A stretch of DNA of 64,000 nucleotides from an uncultured Pelagibacteraceae bacterium (GTDB taxonomy: Bacteria > Pseudomonadota > Alphaproteobacteria > Pelagibacterales > AG-422-B15): positions 4,378 to 68,377 of the forward strand of contig CACLBX010000003.1 in NCBI GenBank assembly GCA_902605215.1, written 5' to 3'. Below, one piece after another: positions 49,903 through 59,099 of this stretch (its first letter is position 1; every line of letters begins with the position of its first letter). A program made the translations under genes and the position numbers. Below the pieces are notes generated by a model that worked only from the letters and a program-made list of their open reading frames with translations, was not told where the DNA came from and ran no database searches.

Positions 49903-52900
49903 ATGAGCAATAAACTTATTCAGGCTTTGGAACCCCGTCTCATGCTGGACGGTGCAGCAGTAGCAACGGCAATTGATGCGGTTGATGATTTAGCTCAGTT
50001 TCAAAAATCCGAGAGTGATAAGTCATTTAAAGCAGATCACTTCAAAGTTGATAAAGATACGAAACTCCCTTTCGTAAATGTAGACGCATCAGCTCAAAAT
50101 GCAAAATCAAGACAGATTGTATTTATCGATAGCACAGTAGAAGATATTGAAACGCTGATTAATAGTTTTGATAAAAATACTGAGGTGCATGTCATACAAA
50201 GTGATCAAGACGGATTTGTTACCATGCAAAATATTTTATCATCTCAAGAAAATATAGATGCGGTTCACGTCATTGGTCACGGTAGTGTTGGACAGATTGC
50301 ATTCGGTACAGCTGTATTAAACAGCGATACATTAAATGCTTATGAAAATATTCTTCAAGAGATTGGAACAAGTCTTTCAGTAAATGGAGATATTTTATTT
50401 TATGGTTGCAACGTAGCCGCAGATCAAAGTGGTGAGATCTTAATCAAACAAATTGCAGACATCACGGATGCTGATGTAGCGGCATCAGATGATATTACTG
50501 GTAAAGGCGGTGATTGGGACTTAGAGAAACATACAGGCATTATTGAAACTGAAAATGTTTCAGTTGTAGGTTACCAATATGCTCTAAGTAATGGCGTAAC
50601 AGCAACCCAAAATGCTGTTGAATTACATACTTCAGGTATGAATTTCATGGCAGGCGGCGGAACCTATAAAAATAACACTGGAGGTCAAACAGACTCAGGT
50701 GGAACCAGATACATCGTCACGCTTGAAAGAGGGAATGTAACAACTGGAGATACTTTAGATTTTGATTACGATGTAGCTTCAGCAACTCACGACCCTGATA
50801 CTCAAGGTGCTGTTAATGTTTATATGGTCTTCCTAAATGACTATGTAAACAGAAGAGCCGAAGATGATAGAGGTATTATAACTTTTGATAATGAAATTCT
50901 TGGTATTTTTACCACCCCAGAGAACACGATAGCAAAATCTGGATATGACATGAGTGATGGTATCTATCCTCTAACAACCAATTCGAAAAAAGTGCAGATG
51001 AGGGATTTAGAGTATCTGGATCCTCCTGCTACTCCTCCTGGTACTATGGGTAGCCAAGATGCCTTTACTGTAACAGGATCCAATAAAGTTTTAACCATGG
51101 CTACAGACAATGGACTAAAAGGAGACTTTGTCAGGGTGGTTACCAGAGTAGCTTCTGATCCCGTAGTGGGCAATAATGATTCTGGTTATATTAATGAAAA
51201 CTTAACATTAGGTGTCTCTAATGGCGCAAGCGCAAATGATAGCACACCAGATACATCAGGAGAACACACAGGTGATGTTTTGCTTAATGACACTGGTGGT
51301 GATGGATCTGATTTAATTGTGAGTGCAATAAATGGAGGGTCCCTCGGATCGCCAGTTGATGGCACTTATGGTCAATTAACACTCTTTTCAAATGGTTCAT
51401 ACAGTTACTCAGCTAATAAAGATGCTGCGAATGAATTAGATGCAAGTGATACAGAAACTGATACCTTTACTTATACGGTTTCTGATGGAAGCGATACTGC
51501 TACTGCAACAATCACAATTACTGTTGCAGGTGTGAATGATGCGCCCGTTGGAGCAGCTGATACAGGCTACATCAAAGAAGATGGAACGTTGTCTGTATCT
51601 AATGGTGGCTCTGCTGTTACAGGAACAGATAGCAACAATAATAATGAAAGTGGTGATACTACGGGTGATGTTTTGCTCAATGATACTGACCCAGATGCGA
51701 GTGCAAGCTTAGTAGTATCAGCAGTGCAAGGACAGGCTAGTAATGTTGATTCAAATGTTACAGGCACTTACGGTACATTAAATTTAGATGCAAATGGCTC
51801 ATATACCTATATAGCCAATCAAAGTGCTGCAGACGGACTCGCTGCTGGAGCAACGGCAACAGACACATTTTCTTATACTGTTAGTGACGGCACTGCAACA
51901 AGCACAGTAAATTTGGTCATCACGGTTATAGGGGTAGGGCCTGAAGCGGTCGCTGATACAGCTTCAGTTAATGAAAATGTTTTGCTTAATGCCAACAATG
52001 CATCGTCTACCGGTTTACTGGCTAATGATGACGACAATGCTGCTTATGATAGTGAGAGCTTAGCTGTTACGAACGTTAGTTCTAACTCTACAGGAAACAG
52101 TGGTAGTGCTACACAGGGAGTTCTCGGTACGTATGGTACGCTCACTGTGGCAGCTGATGGTACTTATACATATACGCCAAATACAGCAGCAGCTGAAGCA
52201 TTGGATGCAAATGACACTGAAACAGATGTCTTCACTTACACAGTAAAAGATGATGATGATAAAAATTCAAGTACTGCAACGCTTACAATCACAGTAACAG
52301 GTGTTGACGACAACCCGGTTGCTGTCAGTGATACAGGTTATATCAATGAGGATGGAACACTGGCTGTAGCAGATGGTGGCTCTGCTGTTACAGGAACAGA
52401 TAGCAACAATAATAATGAAAGCGGTGATACCACAGGCGATGTTTTACTCAATGACACTGACGCAGATGCGAGTGCAACTCTTGTTGTTTCTGCAATACAA
52501 GGTGGATCTTTAGGATCAGGTGTGAATGGAACCTATGGTACCCTCACTTTATATTCAACCGGTAGATATACATATGTTGCAGATAAGAGTGGCGCGGATG
52601 GACTTGCAGCAGATGCAGTTCAAACTGATGTCTTTACATATACTGTAAGTGATGGAGCTGGCGATACGAGTAACGCTACTCTTACAATTACAGTAAAGGG
52701 TATTGGTCCCCAAGGCGTAGCGGACACAGCGTCTGTAGCTGAAAATGCAACGGTAACCAACAACAATGCTGCCACAAACGGAGTGCTCGCAAACGATGAT
52801 GATAACGCATCATTTGACCAAGAAAGTCTTGCTGTAACGGCAATAACAGGTGCATCAGCAGGAACAGTTGATGGTGACACAACAGGAACTCATGGAACAC

Positions 52901-55900
52901 TTTCAATGAATGAAGATGGTACTTATTCTTATGCGGCGACTAATGATGCTCTTGATCCTAATGAGCAAGTTACAGATATATTTACTTACACTGTAAAAGA
53001 CGATGCGAATAAAAATGCAAGTACTGCGACATTAACAATAACAGTAACTGGAGCAAATGACCCAATTACTGCTGTTGCTGACACGGATGCTGTAAATGCT
53101 GGATCTACAATTTCTCGAAGTGAAACTGATACAGAAGAACTTGATCATGACGATACTGACCCTGATGGTGATGATGTATCAGGCAGCTTTACTATTACTA
53201 ATATCAGACATGGTTCTGATGATTATAACCCTGGTCAAGAAATTACGACATCAAAAGGTAGATTAACAGTCGATGCAAATGGTTCTTATACTTATGTAGC
53301 TGATCAAAGCGGTTCAACAGGCTTAGGAAACGGTGTTCAAGCAACTGATGTCTTCACTTATACAGTAAGAGATCACAGTGGAGGTGATACAGACACCGCA
53401 ACACTTACGATCACAATTACAGGAACTAACAATACAGCACCAGTTGCCAATACCGATGCAGGTTATATTCTGGAGGATGGTCGTCTTGAAGTAACAGATG
53501 GTGCGACGGCAAATGATGCTACTCCGGATGCAACAGGAGAACATACAGGGGATGTCTTATTAGATGATACTGATGCAAACAGTGACACACTTACTGTTTC
53601 AGCAATATCAGGAGGATCAGTGGGCTCTAATGCAAATGGGACTTACGGAACATTAGTAATTCAAAGTAATGGTAGCTATGTCTATACAGCGGATAAGACT
53701 GCAGCAGATGCATTGGATGCTGATGATGTGGTTACTGATCAATTTATCTATACAATTAGTGATGGCAATGGAGGAACTGCGACTTCAACACTTACCTTCA
53801 CCGTAAAAGGGATTGATGATGATCCTGTTGGTGTAGCCGATACAGGAGCAGTTGATGAAGACGCTCAACTTCAAGTAAATGCTGTAAGTGGAGTATTATC
53901 AAATGATACTGATGCTGATGCGAGTTCAAGTCTGTCCGTGACCACAGTTAGTTCCAATAACACAAGTCAAAGTGGAAGTGCTGGTTCAGAAATTACAGGC
54001 GAATTCGGGTCCCTCACACTAGATTCAGATGGAAAATATACATACACAGCCAATACTGCAGCTGCTGATAATTTAGCCCATAATGCAACGGCCACTGACG
54101 TGTTTACCTATACCGTCAGCGATGGCGCTGGAACGACCAGCAATACTACTCTTACAATTACAGTTACAGGGAAAGGCCCTGTTGGTTCTGCTGATTCTGC
54201 TGCAGTAAATGAAAATGTGTTACTCAGCAAGGATGAAGCAAGTGGTGTTCTAACAAATGATACTGGTGGAGATCAAGAAAGTCTTGCAGTTACTAATATT
54301 TCCTCAAATGATACCAGCGCAACAGGTACTGCTGGTCAGGGAGTGTTAGGAACCTACGGGACTTTAACTATGGCTGCAGATGGAAGTTATACATATACGC
54401 CTAATACAGCCGCCGCAGAGGCTCTAGATGGTGGTGACTCGGTTTCAGAAAAGTTTACCTATACAGTAAAAGATGATGAGGATAAAAATTCTTCAACCGC
54501 TGAACTTACAATTAATATTACAGGTGTTAATGATGCCATCGTTGCAGTTGATGATACGGATGCTGTTGATGAGGATGGTAGAGTAGACAGGTTAATTAGT
54601 GATGATCAAGAACTTGATCATGACGATACAGATGTGGATACGGATGATGTAAGCGGAAGTCTCACGATTACTGATATAAGAACAGGTCCTAAAGATGGAA
54701 CCGGAACTGATGGCACGGTAGGTGTGGCGCTAACAGGAGAATATGGAACACTGACAGTGAATGATGATGGATCATACACTTATATCGCTGATCAAGATAA
54801 ATCAGATCAACTTCCCACAGGTCAAACAGGAACAGATACATTTACCTACACTGTGAGTGATGGTACTGAAACTTCGACCGCACAACTGACTTTCAAAGTC
54901 ACTGGTATCAATGATAACGATCCAGTTGCTGTAGACGACACTGATACTGTAAATAGAGATGCATCCATAGATAGAACAAATGGATCTACATTTGATCTAG
55001 CTATTGATGATACAGATGCAGACTCGGATACATTAACCATTACTGAAATAAGAAAAGGCAACACTAAAGGTGGAGGTGATGCTGGAACTATAGGACAACC
55101 ACTAGTTGGTGAATACGGAACATTAACGTTACAAGCAGACGGCAGTTATAAATATGCTGCTGATCAAGACTCGATCAATAACCTTGGTCGTGGACAAAGT
55201 GTAATTGAGTATTTTAATTATACCGTATCTGATGGCTCAAGAACTACAACAGGACTACTTTCAATTACTGTAAATGGTATTAGTGATCCGCCTGTTCCAG
55301 TGGATGATACACTAGACATTGACGCTGGTGCACAAACAGAAAAAGGTGCAAATCAAGGGGTATTGATAAATGATACTGACCCTGATGGAGATCCTTTATC
55401 CGTGGAAAGCATTAGAACTGGTCAAGAAAATAAAACGGGGACATCAGGTACCATTGGAACAGCCTTACCAGGAACATATGGCGATTTAACTATGAATTCT
55501 GACGGAAGCTACATCTATCAAGCTAACAATGCAAAAGCACTAAATCCTGGTGAAACTGCTACAGAATACTTTACTTATACAGCAACCGACGGTGAGTCCT
55601 CAGTAGAAGCTCAAATTGCTATTACCGTGACAGGTCAAAATGATCCACCTGTAGCTTTATACCCTGTTCGAGATCCAAATGTAGTTACAGGTGAAAAATT
55701 TATTATCAGGCACAAACAAATTTTTGATGATCCAGACACAGGTATTTATGACATCGCAGAATACAAAATTATTGATCCTGAAGATGGTACAGAAGTAAGT
55801 CTTCCTGATGGACTAAGACTAAAACAAAATAAAATTCATGGATCCATTAGTACACCTGGGACATACAGTATTACAATCAGAGCAATTGATGGAGCAGGCC

Positions 55901-57027
55901 TCTATGCTGATCATACTTTTACAATCACAGTTAAGCCTGCATCAGGGTATATCGCTGAAAAGGATACTATTGATGAAGAAGCATCATCTACTTATGAAAC
56001 GGTTGTGATCAAACCAAAGAAAGATTATTTATCTGCAATTAAAGAAACAGTTAATGAGGGGTCCTTAGGTATCACTGATGAAGGCTTTACGTTGGATACA
56101 GTATCAATCGCTGATACCGCATCTCTTTCAAAACCTCTAAAATTCAATGGCGGTTTGCGATTGATGGATGCCGTTGCAAATGAAGTATCAGGCAATGAAG
56201 AGTCTGATTTATCAGTTGGTGTTAAATTGAATGATGATAATCAGAAAAATGTTGAACTGTATTCAGGAAAACTCTCTGACGGGAAAGCCTTACCCGAGTG
56301 GATACAAGTCAATCCTGAAACAGGCGAAACAACAGCCAATATGCCTGAAGGTGTGCAAGAAGTTGAAGTACAGCTTGTTGCCTTGGACAAAGACGGTAAC
56401 ACAAGAGATATCAACATTGTTCTGGATAAAGCAAAAATTAAAAACGACCAAGAATTTACTCGAGGTAACGTTGGTCAAACACAGGTTGTGGTTGATAATG
56501 ATGCCAATGTAAATCTAATTCGTAAAAGTGATGGCAAGACTGATCAAGTAGCATCAAACAATTTAAATGCTGAAACGGACTTCCTAGGCACCATGAAGCT
56601 TAGCGATGTCCAAATGGATGCGGGCAAATATACTCTGGATATGATCGATGACAATCAATCAAATGTAAAAATGTATAAAGCCGAGATGAAAGATGGGGGC
56701 TCTTTACCTGAATGGATTACTATTGATTCAGATACAGGATCAATCTCGCTAGACCCATCAATAGCTCGAACAGGTTCTGCAGCCTCAGTATTTTTAACGG
56801 ACAGTCTTCAAGTGCTTGAGTTTAAAATTATTGCTGAGGATGAAGATGGCAAAGAGAGAATAATCGAAGTTGAAATTAATCTTGATGAAATCGCTACGCC
56901 ATCTGAAACTGAAGAGCAAGCTGAGGAAACTGATGAAGTTTCGTTTATTCCTCTTGATGAACAACTTAAGGTACAGTCTCAGAAAATAGATAATTATGGC
57001 GAAAAAATTATTAGTCTTGTAAGCTAA
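49903..57027 (+). CDS. Giant (2374 aa) surface adhesin-like protein: N-terminal LEPRLMLDGAA motif + DUF4347, 12 VCBS/cadherin-like repeats, C-terminal Ig-like (He_PIG/dystroglycan-type) domains
   Basis: No hydrophobic signal peptide. DUF4347-like block QIVFIDSTVED..VHVIGHGSVGQIAFG..ILFYGCNVA (about 50110-50550). Twelve units ending (F/Y)TYTVSDG/KDD...ATLTITVTG(V/I)(N/D)D. SLPDGL..GSISTPGTYSITIRAIDGAG and two LPEWI..D..TG domains at the C-terminus. Confidence 0.9.
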   Translation: MSNKLIQALEPRLMLDGAAVATAIDAVDDLAQFQKSESDKSFKADHFKVDKDTKLPFVNVDASAQNAKSRQIVFIDSTVEDIETLINSFDKNTEVHVIQSDQDGFVTMQNILSSQENIDAVHVIGHGSVGQIAFGTAVLNSDTLNAYENILQEIGTSLSVNGDILFYGCNVAADQSGEILIKQIADITDADVAASDDITGKGGDWDLEKHTGIIETENVSVVGYQYALSNGVTATQNAVELHTSGMNFMAGGGTYKNNTGGQTDSGGTRYIVTLERGNVTTGDTLDFDYDVASATHDPDTQGAVNVYMVFLNDYVNRRAEDDRGIITFDNEILGIFTTPENTIAKSGYDMSDGIYPLTTNSKKVQMRDLEYLDPPATPPGTMGSQDAFTVTGSNKVLTMATDNGLKGDFVRVVTRVASDPVVGNNDSGYINENLTLGVSNGASANDSTPDTSGEHTGDVLLNDTGGDGSDLIVSAINGGSLGSPVDGTYGQLTLFSNGSYSYSANKDAANELDASDTETDTFTYTVSDGSDTATATITITVAGVNDAPVGAADTGYIKEDGTLSVSNGGSAVTGTDSNNNNESGDTTGDVLLNDTDPDASASLVVSAVQGQASNVDSNVTGTYGTLNLDANGSYTYIANQSAADGLAAGATATDTFSYTVSDGTATSTVNLVITVIGVGPEAVADTASVNENVLLNANNASSTGLLANDDDNAAYDSESLAVTNVSSNSTGNSGSATQGVLGTYGTLTVAADGTYTYTPNTAAAEALDANDTETDVFTYTVKDDDDKNSSTATLTITVTGVDDNPVAVSDTGYINEDGTLAVADGGSAVTGTDSNNNNESGDTTGDVLLNDTDADASATLVVSAIQGGSLGSGVNGTYGTLTLYSTGRYTYVADKSGADGLAADAVQTDVFTYTVSDGAGDTSNATLTITVKGIGPQGVADTASVAENATVTNNNAATNGVLANDDDNASFDQESLAVTAITGASAGTVDGDTTGTHGTLSMNEDGTYSYAATNDALDPNEQVTDIFTYTVKDDANKNASTATLTITVTGANDPITAVADTDAVNAGSTISRSETDTEELDHDDTDPDGDDVSGSFTITNIRHGSDDYNPGQEITTSKGRLTVDANGSYTYVADQSGSTGLGNGVQATDVFTYTVRDHSGGDTDTATLTITITGTNNTAPVANTDAGYILEDGRLEVTDGATANDATPDATGEHTGDVLLDDTDANSDTLTVSAISGGSVGSNANGTYGTLVIQSNGSYVYTADKTAADALDADDVVTDQFIYTISDGNGGTATSTLTFTVKGIDDDPVGVADTGAVDEDAQLQVNAVSGVLSNDTDADASSSLSVTTVSSNNTSQSGSAGSEITGEFGSLTLDSDGKYTYTANTAAADNLAHNATATDVFTYTVSDGAGTTSNTTLTITVTGKGPVGSADSAAVNENVLLSKDEASGVLTNDTGGDQESLAVTNISSNDTSATGTAGQGVLGTYGTLTMAADGSYTYTPNTAAAEALDGGDSVSEKFTYTVKDDEDKNSSTAELTINITGVNDAIVAVDDTDAVDEDGRVDRLISDDQELDHDDTDVDTDDVSGSLTITDIRTGPKDGTGTDGTVGVALTGEYGTLTVNDDGSYTYIADQDKSDQLPTGQTGTDTFTYTVSDGTETSTAQLTFKVTGINDNDPVAVDDTDTVNRDASIDRTNGSTFDLAIDDTDADSDTLTITEIRKGNTKGGGDAGTIGQPLVGEYGTLTLQADGSYKYAADQDSINNLGRGQSVIEYFNYTVSDGSRTTTGLLSITVNGISDPPVPVDDTLDIDAGAQTEKGANQGVLINDTDPDGDPLSVESIRTGQENKTGTSGTIGTALPGTYGDLTMNSDGSYIYQANNAKALNPGETATEYFTYTATDGESSVEAQIAITVTGQNDPPVALYPVRDPNVVTGEKFIIRHKQIFDDPDTGIYDIAEYKIIDPEDGTEVSLPDGLRLKQNKIHGSISTPGTYSITIRAIDGAGLYADHTFTITVKPASGYIAEKDTIDEEASSTYETVVIKPKKDYLSAIKETVNEGSLGITDEGFTLDTVSIADTASLSKPLKFNGGLRLMDAVANEVSGNEESDLSVGVKLNDDNQKNVELYSGKLSDGKALPEWIQVNPETGETTANMPEGVQEVEVQLVALDKDGNTRDINIVLDKAKIKNDQEFTRGNVGQTQVVVDNDANVNLIRKSDGKTDQVASNNLNAETDFLGTMKLSDVQMDAGKYTLDMIDDNQSNVKMYKAEMKDGGSLPEWITIDSDTGSISLDPSIARTGSAASVFLTDSLQVLEFKIIAEDEDGKERIIEVEINLDEIATPSETEEQAEETDEVSFIPLDEQLKVQSQKIDNYGEKIISLVS
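51150..55650 (+). repeat. Tandem array of about 12 coding repeats (about 100-130 codons each) inside the adhesin gene, with an about 257-codon higher-order period
   Basis: Recurrent FTYTV(S/K)D(G/D) .. TLTITVTG.(N/D)D unit boundaries. A 47-nt tract at 51604-51650 is identical to 52375-52421 (offset 771 nt). Confidence 0.85.
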
Positions 57028-57039
57028 TTCTGTAAATAA

Positions 57040-57759
57040 ATGAATAAAGTTAAAACATCGTTAGCAGCGTTTTGCTTTCTTTTTATATCTTTTGGGGCAC
57101 TAGCTGAAGAAAGAACAACACGTATTTTAGTTACTGCAACTGAAGAGGCGACTTTATCAAGTGAAATTTCAGCAAAAATAATTTCTATTCCTGTAAAAGC
57201 AGGAAATAACTTTAGTAAATCAGATATTTTAATTGAATTTGACTGTTCCTTTTTTGAAGCTCAAAAAGATGTCGTACAAGCAGAACTAGATAGTGCCAGA
57301 GTAACTCTAAAAAGTAACCAAGAGCTTGCTGCGATGAGATCTATTGGAGAGTACGAAGTTCAACTATCTCGAATAGCAGTTGATCGAGCACAATCAGAAT
57401 TAAATATTGCAGAACTCAACACTGATCGTTGTATTATTCAAGCGCCCTATGACGGAGTCATGTCCAAAGTCTTTGTAAATGAGTACGAAAGTATTGAAAG
57501 GCAACAGCCATTGATTGAAATTATTGGTTCAGGCACATTAGAGGCAAAACTTATGATATCAAGTAAATGGCTATCATGGTTATCTGAAGGATATCCTCTA
57601 AGTATAGTTATTGATGAGAATGGCTTAGAGTATAGTGCACAAATACATTCTTTAGGTGCAGATATAGATCCGGTAAGTCAGACGATTGATGCTACCGCAC
57701 AATTTGATAAAAATTATGAGACATTACTTCCAGGAATGAGTGGGACAGCAACGTTTTGA
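57040..57759 (+). CDS. Short periplasmic HlyD/MFP-type adaptor (secreted, 239 aa)
   Basis: Signal peptide ..FISFGALA/EE. Barrel-sandwich segments ISAKIISIPVKAGNNFSKSDILIEF and IIQAPYDGVMSKVFVNEYE flank a short coiled coil. Confidence 0.75.
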   Translation: MNKVKTSLAAFCFLFISFGALAEERTTRILVTATEEATLSSEISAKIISIPVKAGNNFSKSDILIEFDCSFFEAQKDVVQAELDSARVTLKSNQELAAMRSIGEYEVQLSRIAVDRAQSELNIAELNTDRCIIQAPYDGVMSKVFVNEYESIERQQPLIEIIGSGTLEAKLMISSKWLSWLSEGYPLSIVIDENGLEYSAQIHSLGADIDPVSQTIDATAQFDKNYETLLPGMSGTATF

Positions 57760-59099
57760 ATGATAATTCTTCAATAAAAATTGCACGACTAATTACACTT
57801 GAAAAAAAGTTTCGTAACGCTGAAAGTGAAACAGAACTTGGTTTTATTTGTGCTAACGAATTACGGAGTATAGTTGACTATAATTTCTTATTTATTCTCA
57901 ACAGATCAAGCATAAACCGACTTAAAGTGAATACTATTTCTGATTTATCAGTCATTGATAGAACAGCTCCAACCGTTACCTTTATTGAGGGATTGCTCAA
58001 TAAGAAAGGAATGATCAAAAGTGATGAAGTATCTGCAATTAGTCTTCAAAGCCTTGATTTAGATAAAGTAAATCTAAATATCCCTGAAAATTTTCCAAAT
58101 CATTTAGTCTTTGTTCCTTTGTCTTCACGAATAGAAAAAAATATTGGTTACTTAGTTCTTGTAAGAACAGAACCAGTTACAAGTTCAGAAAAAGATTTAT
58201 TATTACACATCTCTGAAAGCTTTAGCCATGCGCTCACTGCTTTTGGCTCAAAAAAAACGGTTTTAACAAGTATCAGTCGTATATTTACAGGGTGGGTAAA
58301 GTGGCTAGTGATTGCATCCATAACTGTGGTGATGTTCTTTCCTATTAGCATGTCAGCTTTGGCGCCTGTAGAGGTGGTTGCAAAAGATCCAACTATAGTT
58401 ACATCACCTGTGAACGGTGTTGTTGAAAAAGTTTTAATTAAGACCAACGAAAATGTAAAACCAGGTACAGAACTAGTTAAACTGGACGATTTAAATTTTA
58501 AAAATCAGTATGAAATTGCACTTCAGAAACTTGAAGTAGCTGAAGCCGAGCTGTTAAGAGTTAAGCAGTCATCATTTTCAAATGAAGATGATAAAGCACG
58601 CCTGGTTGAACTTTCAACTGAAGTAGGTTTAAGGAAAAAAGAAGCCACCTACGCAGAAGAACAATTGAAATACTCAATCATTTCTGCTGAGCGAGAGGGT
58701 ATAGCGGTGGTTGAAGACTTTACTGATTGGCAAGGGAGACCTGTTACCATTGGCGAAAAAATATTAACTATAGCTGATCCTCAACGCATTGAATTTCAAA
58801 TCTTTTTACCCACTAAAGATTCTCTTTTGATTAAAAAAGAAGCCAGAGTAAAAGTGTTTTTAGATAGTGACCCTCTTAATTCTCTTGAAGGAGAAGTCTT
58901 GCGTACTTCTTATAAGCCTGCTCTTACGGCTGAGAATATTTTAGCATATCAGATTTTTGCAAAATTAGATGAAAACCAAGGAGAAGTTCCAAGAATAGGT
59001 TTACGAGGTACAGCAAAAATTTACGGAGAAAAAACAAGTATTTTTTACTACATATTCCGTGTTCCTATAAATCTTACGAGACAATTTTTAGGTTTTTAG
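57756..59099 (+). CDS. HlyD-family adaptor with an about 170-aa cytoplasmic N-terminal domain and a single TM
   Basis: TM WLVIASITVVMFFPISMSAL, then IVTSPVNGVVEKVLIKTNENVKPGTELVKLDD, a coiled coil, and IISAEREGIAVV. 4-nt overlap upstream and no gap downstream. Confidence 0.75.
   Translation: MNDNSSIKIARLITLEKKFRNAESETELGFICANELRSIVDYNFLFILNRSSINRLKVNTISDLSVIDRTAPTVTFIEGLLNKKGMIKSDEVSAISLQSLDLDKVNLNIPENFPNHLVFVPLSSRIEKNIGYLVLVRTEPVTSSEKDLLLHISESFSHALTAFGSKKTVLTSISRIFTGWVKWLVIASITVVMFFPISMSALAPVEVVAKDPTIVTSPVNGVVEKVLIKTNENVKPGTELVKLDDLNFKNQYEIALQKLEVAEAELLRVKQSSFSNEDDKARLVELSTEVGLRKKEATYAEEQLKYSIISAEREGIAVVEDFTDWQGRPVTIGEKILTIADPQRIEFQIFLPTKDSLLIKKEARVKVFLDSDPLNSLEGEVLRTSYKPALTAENILAYQIFAKLDENQGEVPRIGLRGTAKIYGEKTSIFYYIFRVPINLTRQFLGF

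Noticed and set aside
50964-56512. Numerous 60-95-aa ORFs on both strands inside the adhesin gene
   Set aside because: They lie within a 7.1-kb uninterrupted frame that has strong repeat and domain structure. Their translations are repeat-shadow sequences.
49903-57027. RTX-type calcium-binding nonapeptide block in the adhesin
   Set aside because: No tandem GGxGxDxUx repeats were found on reading the full translation.
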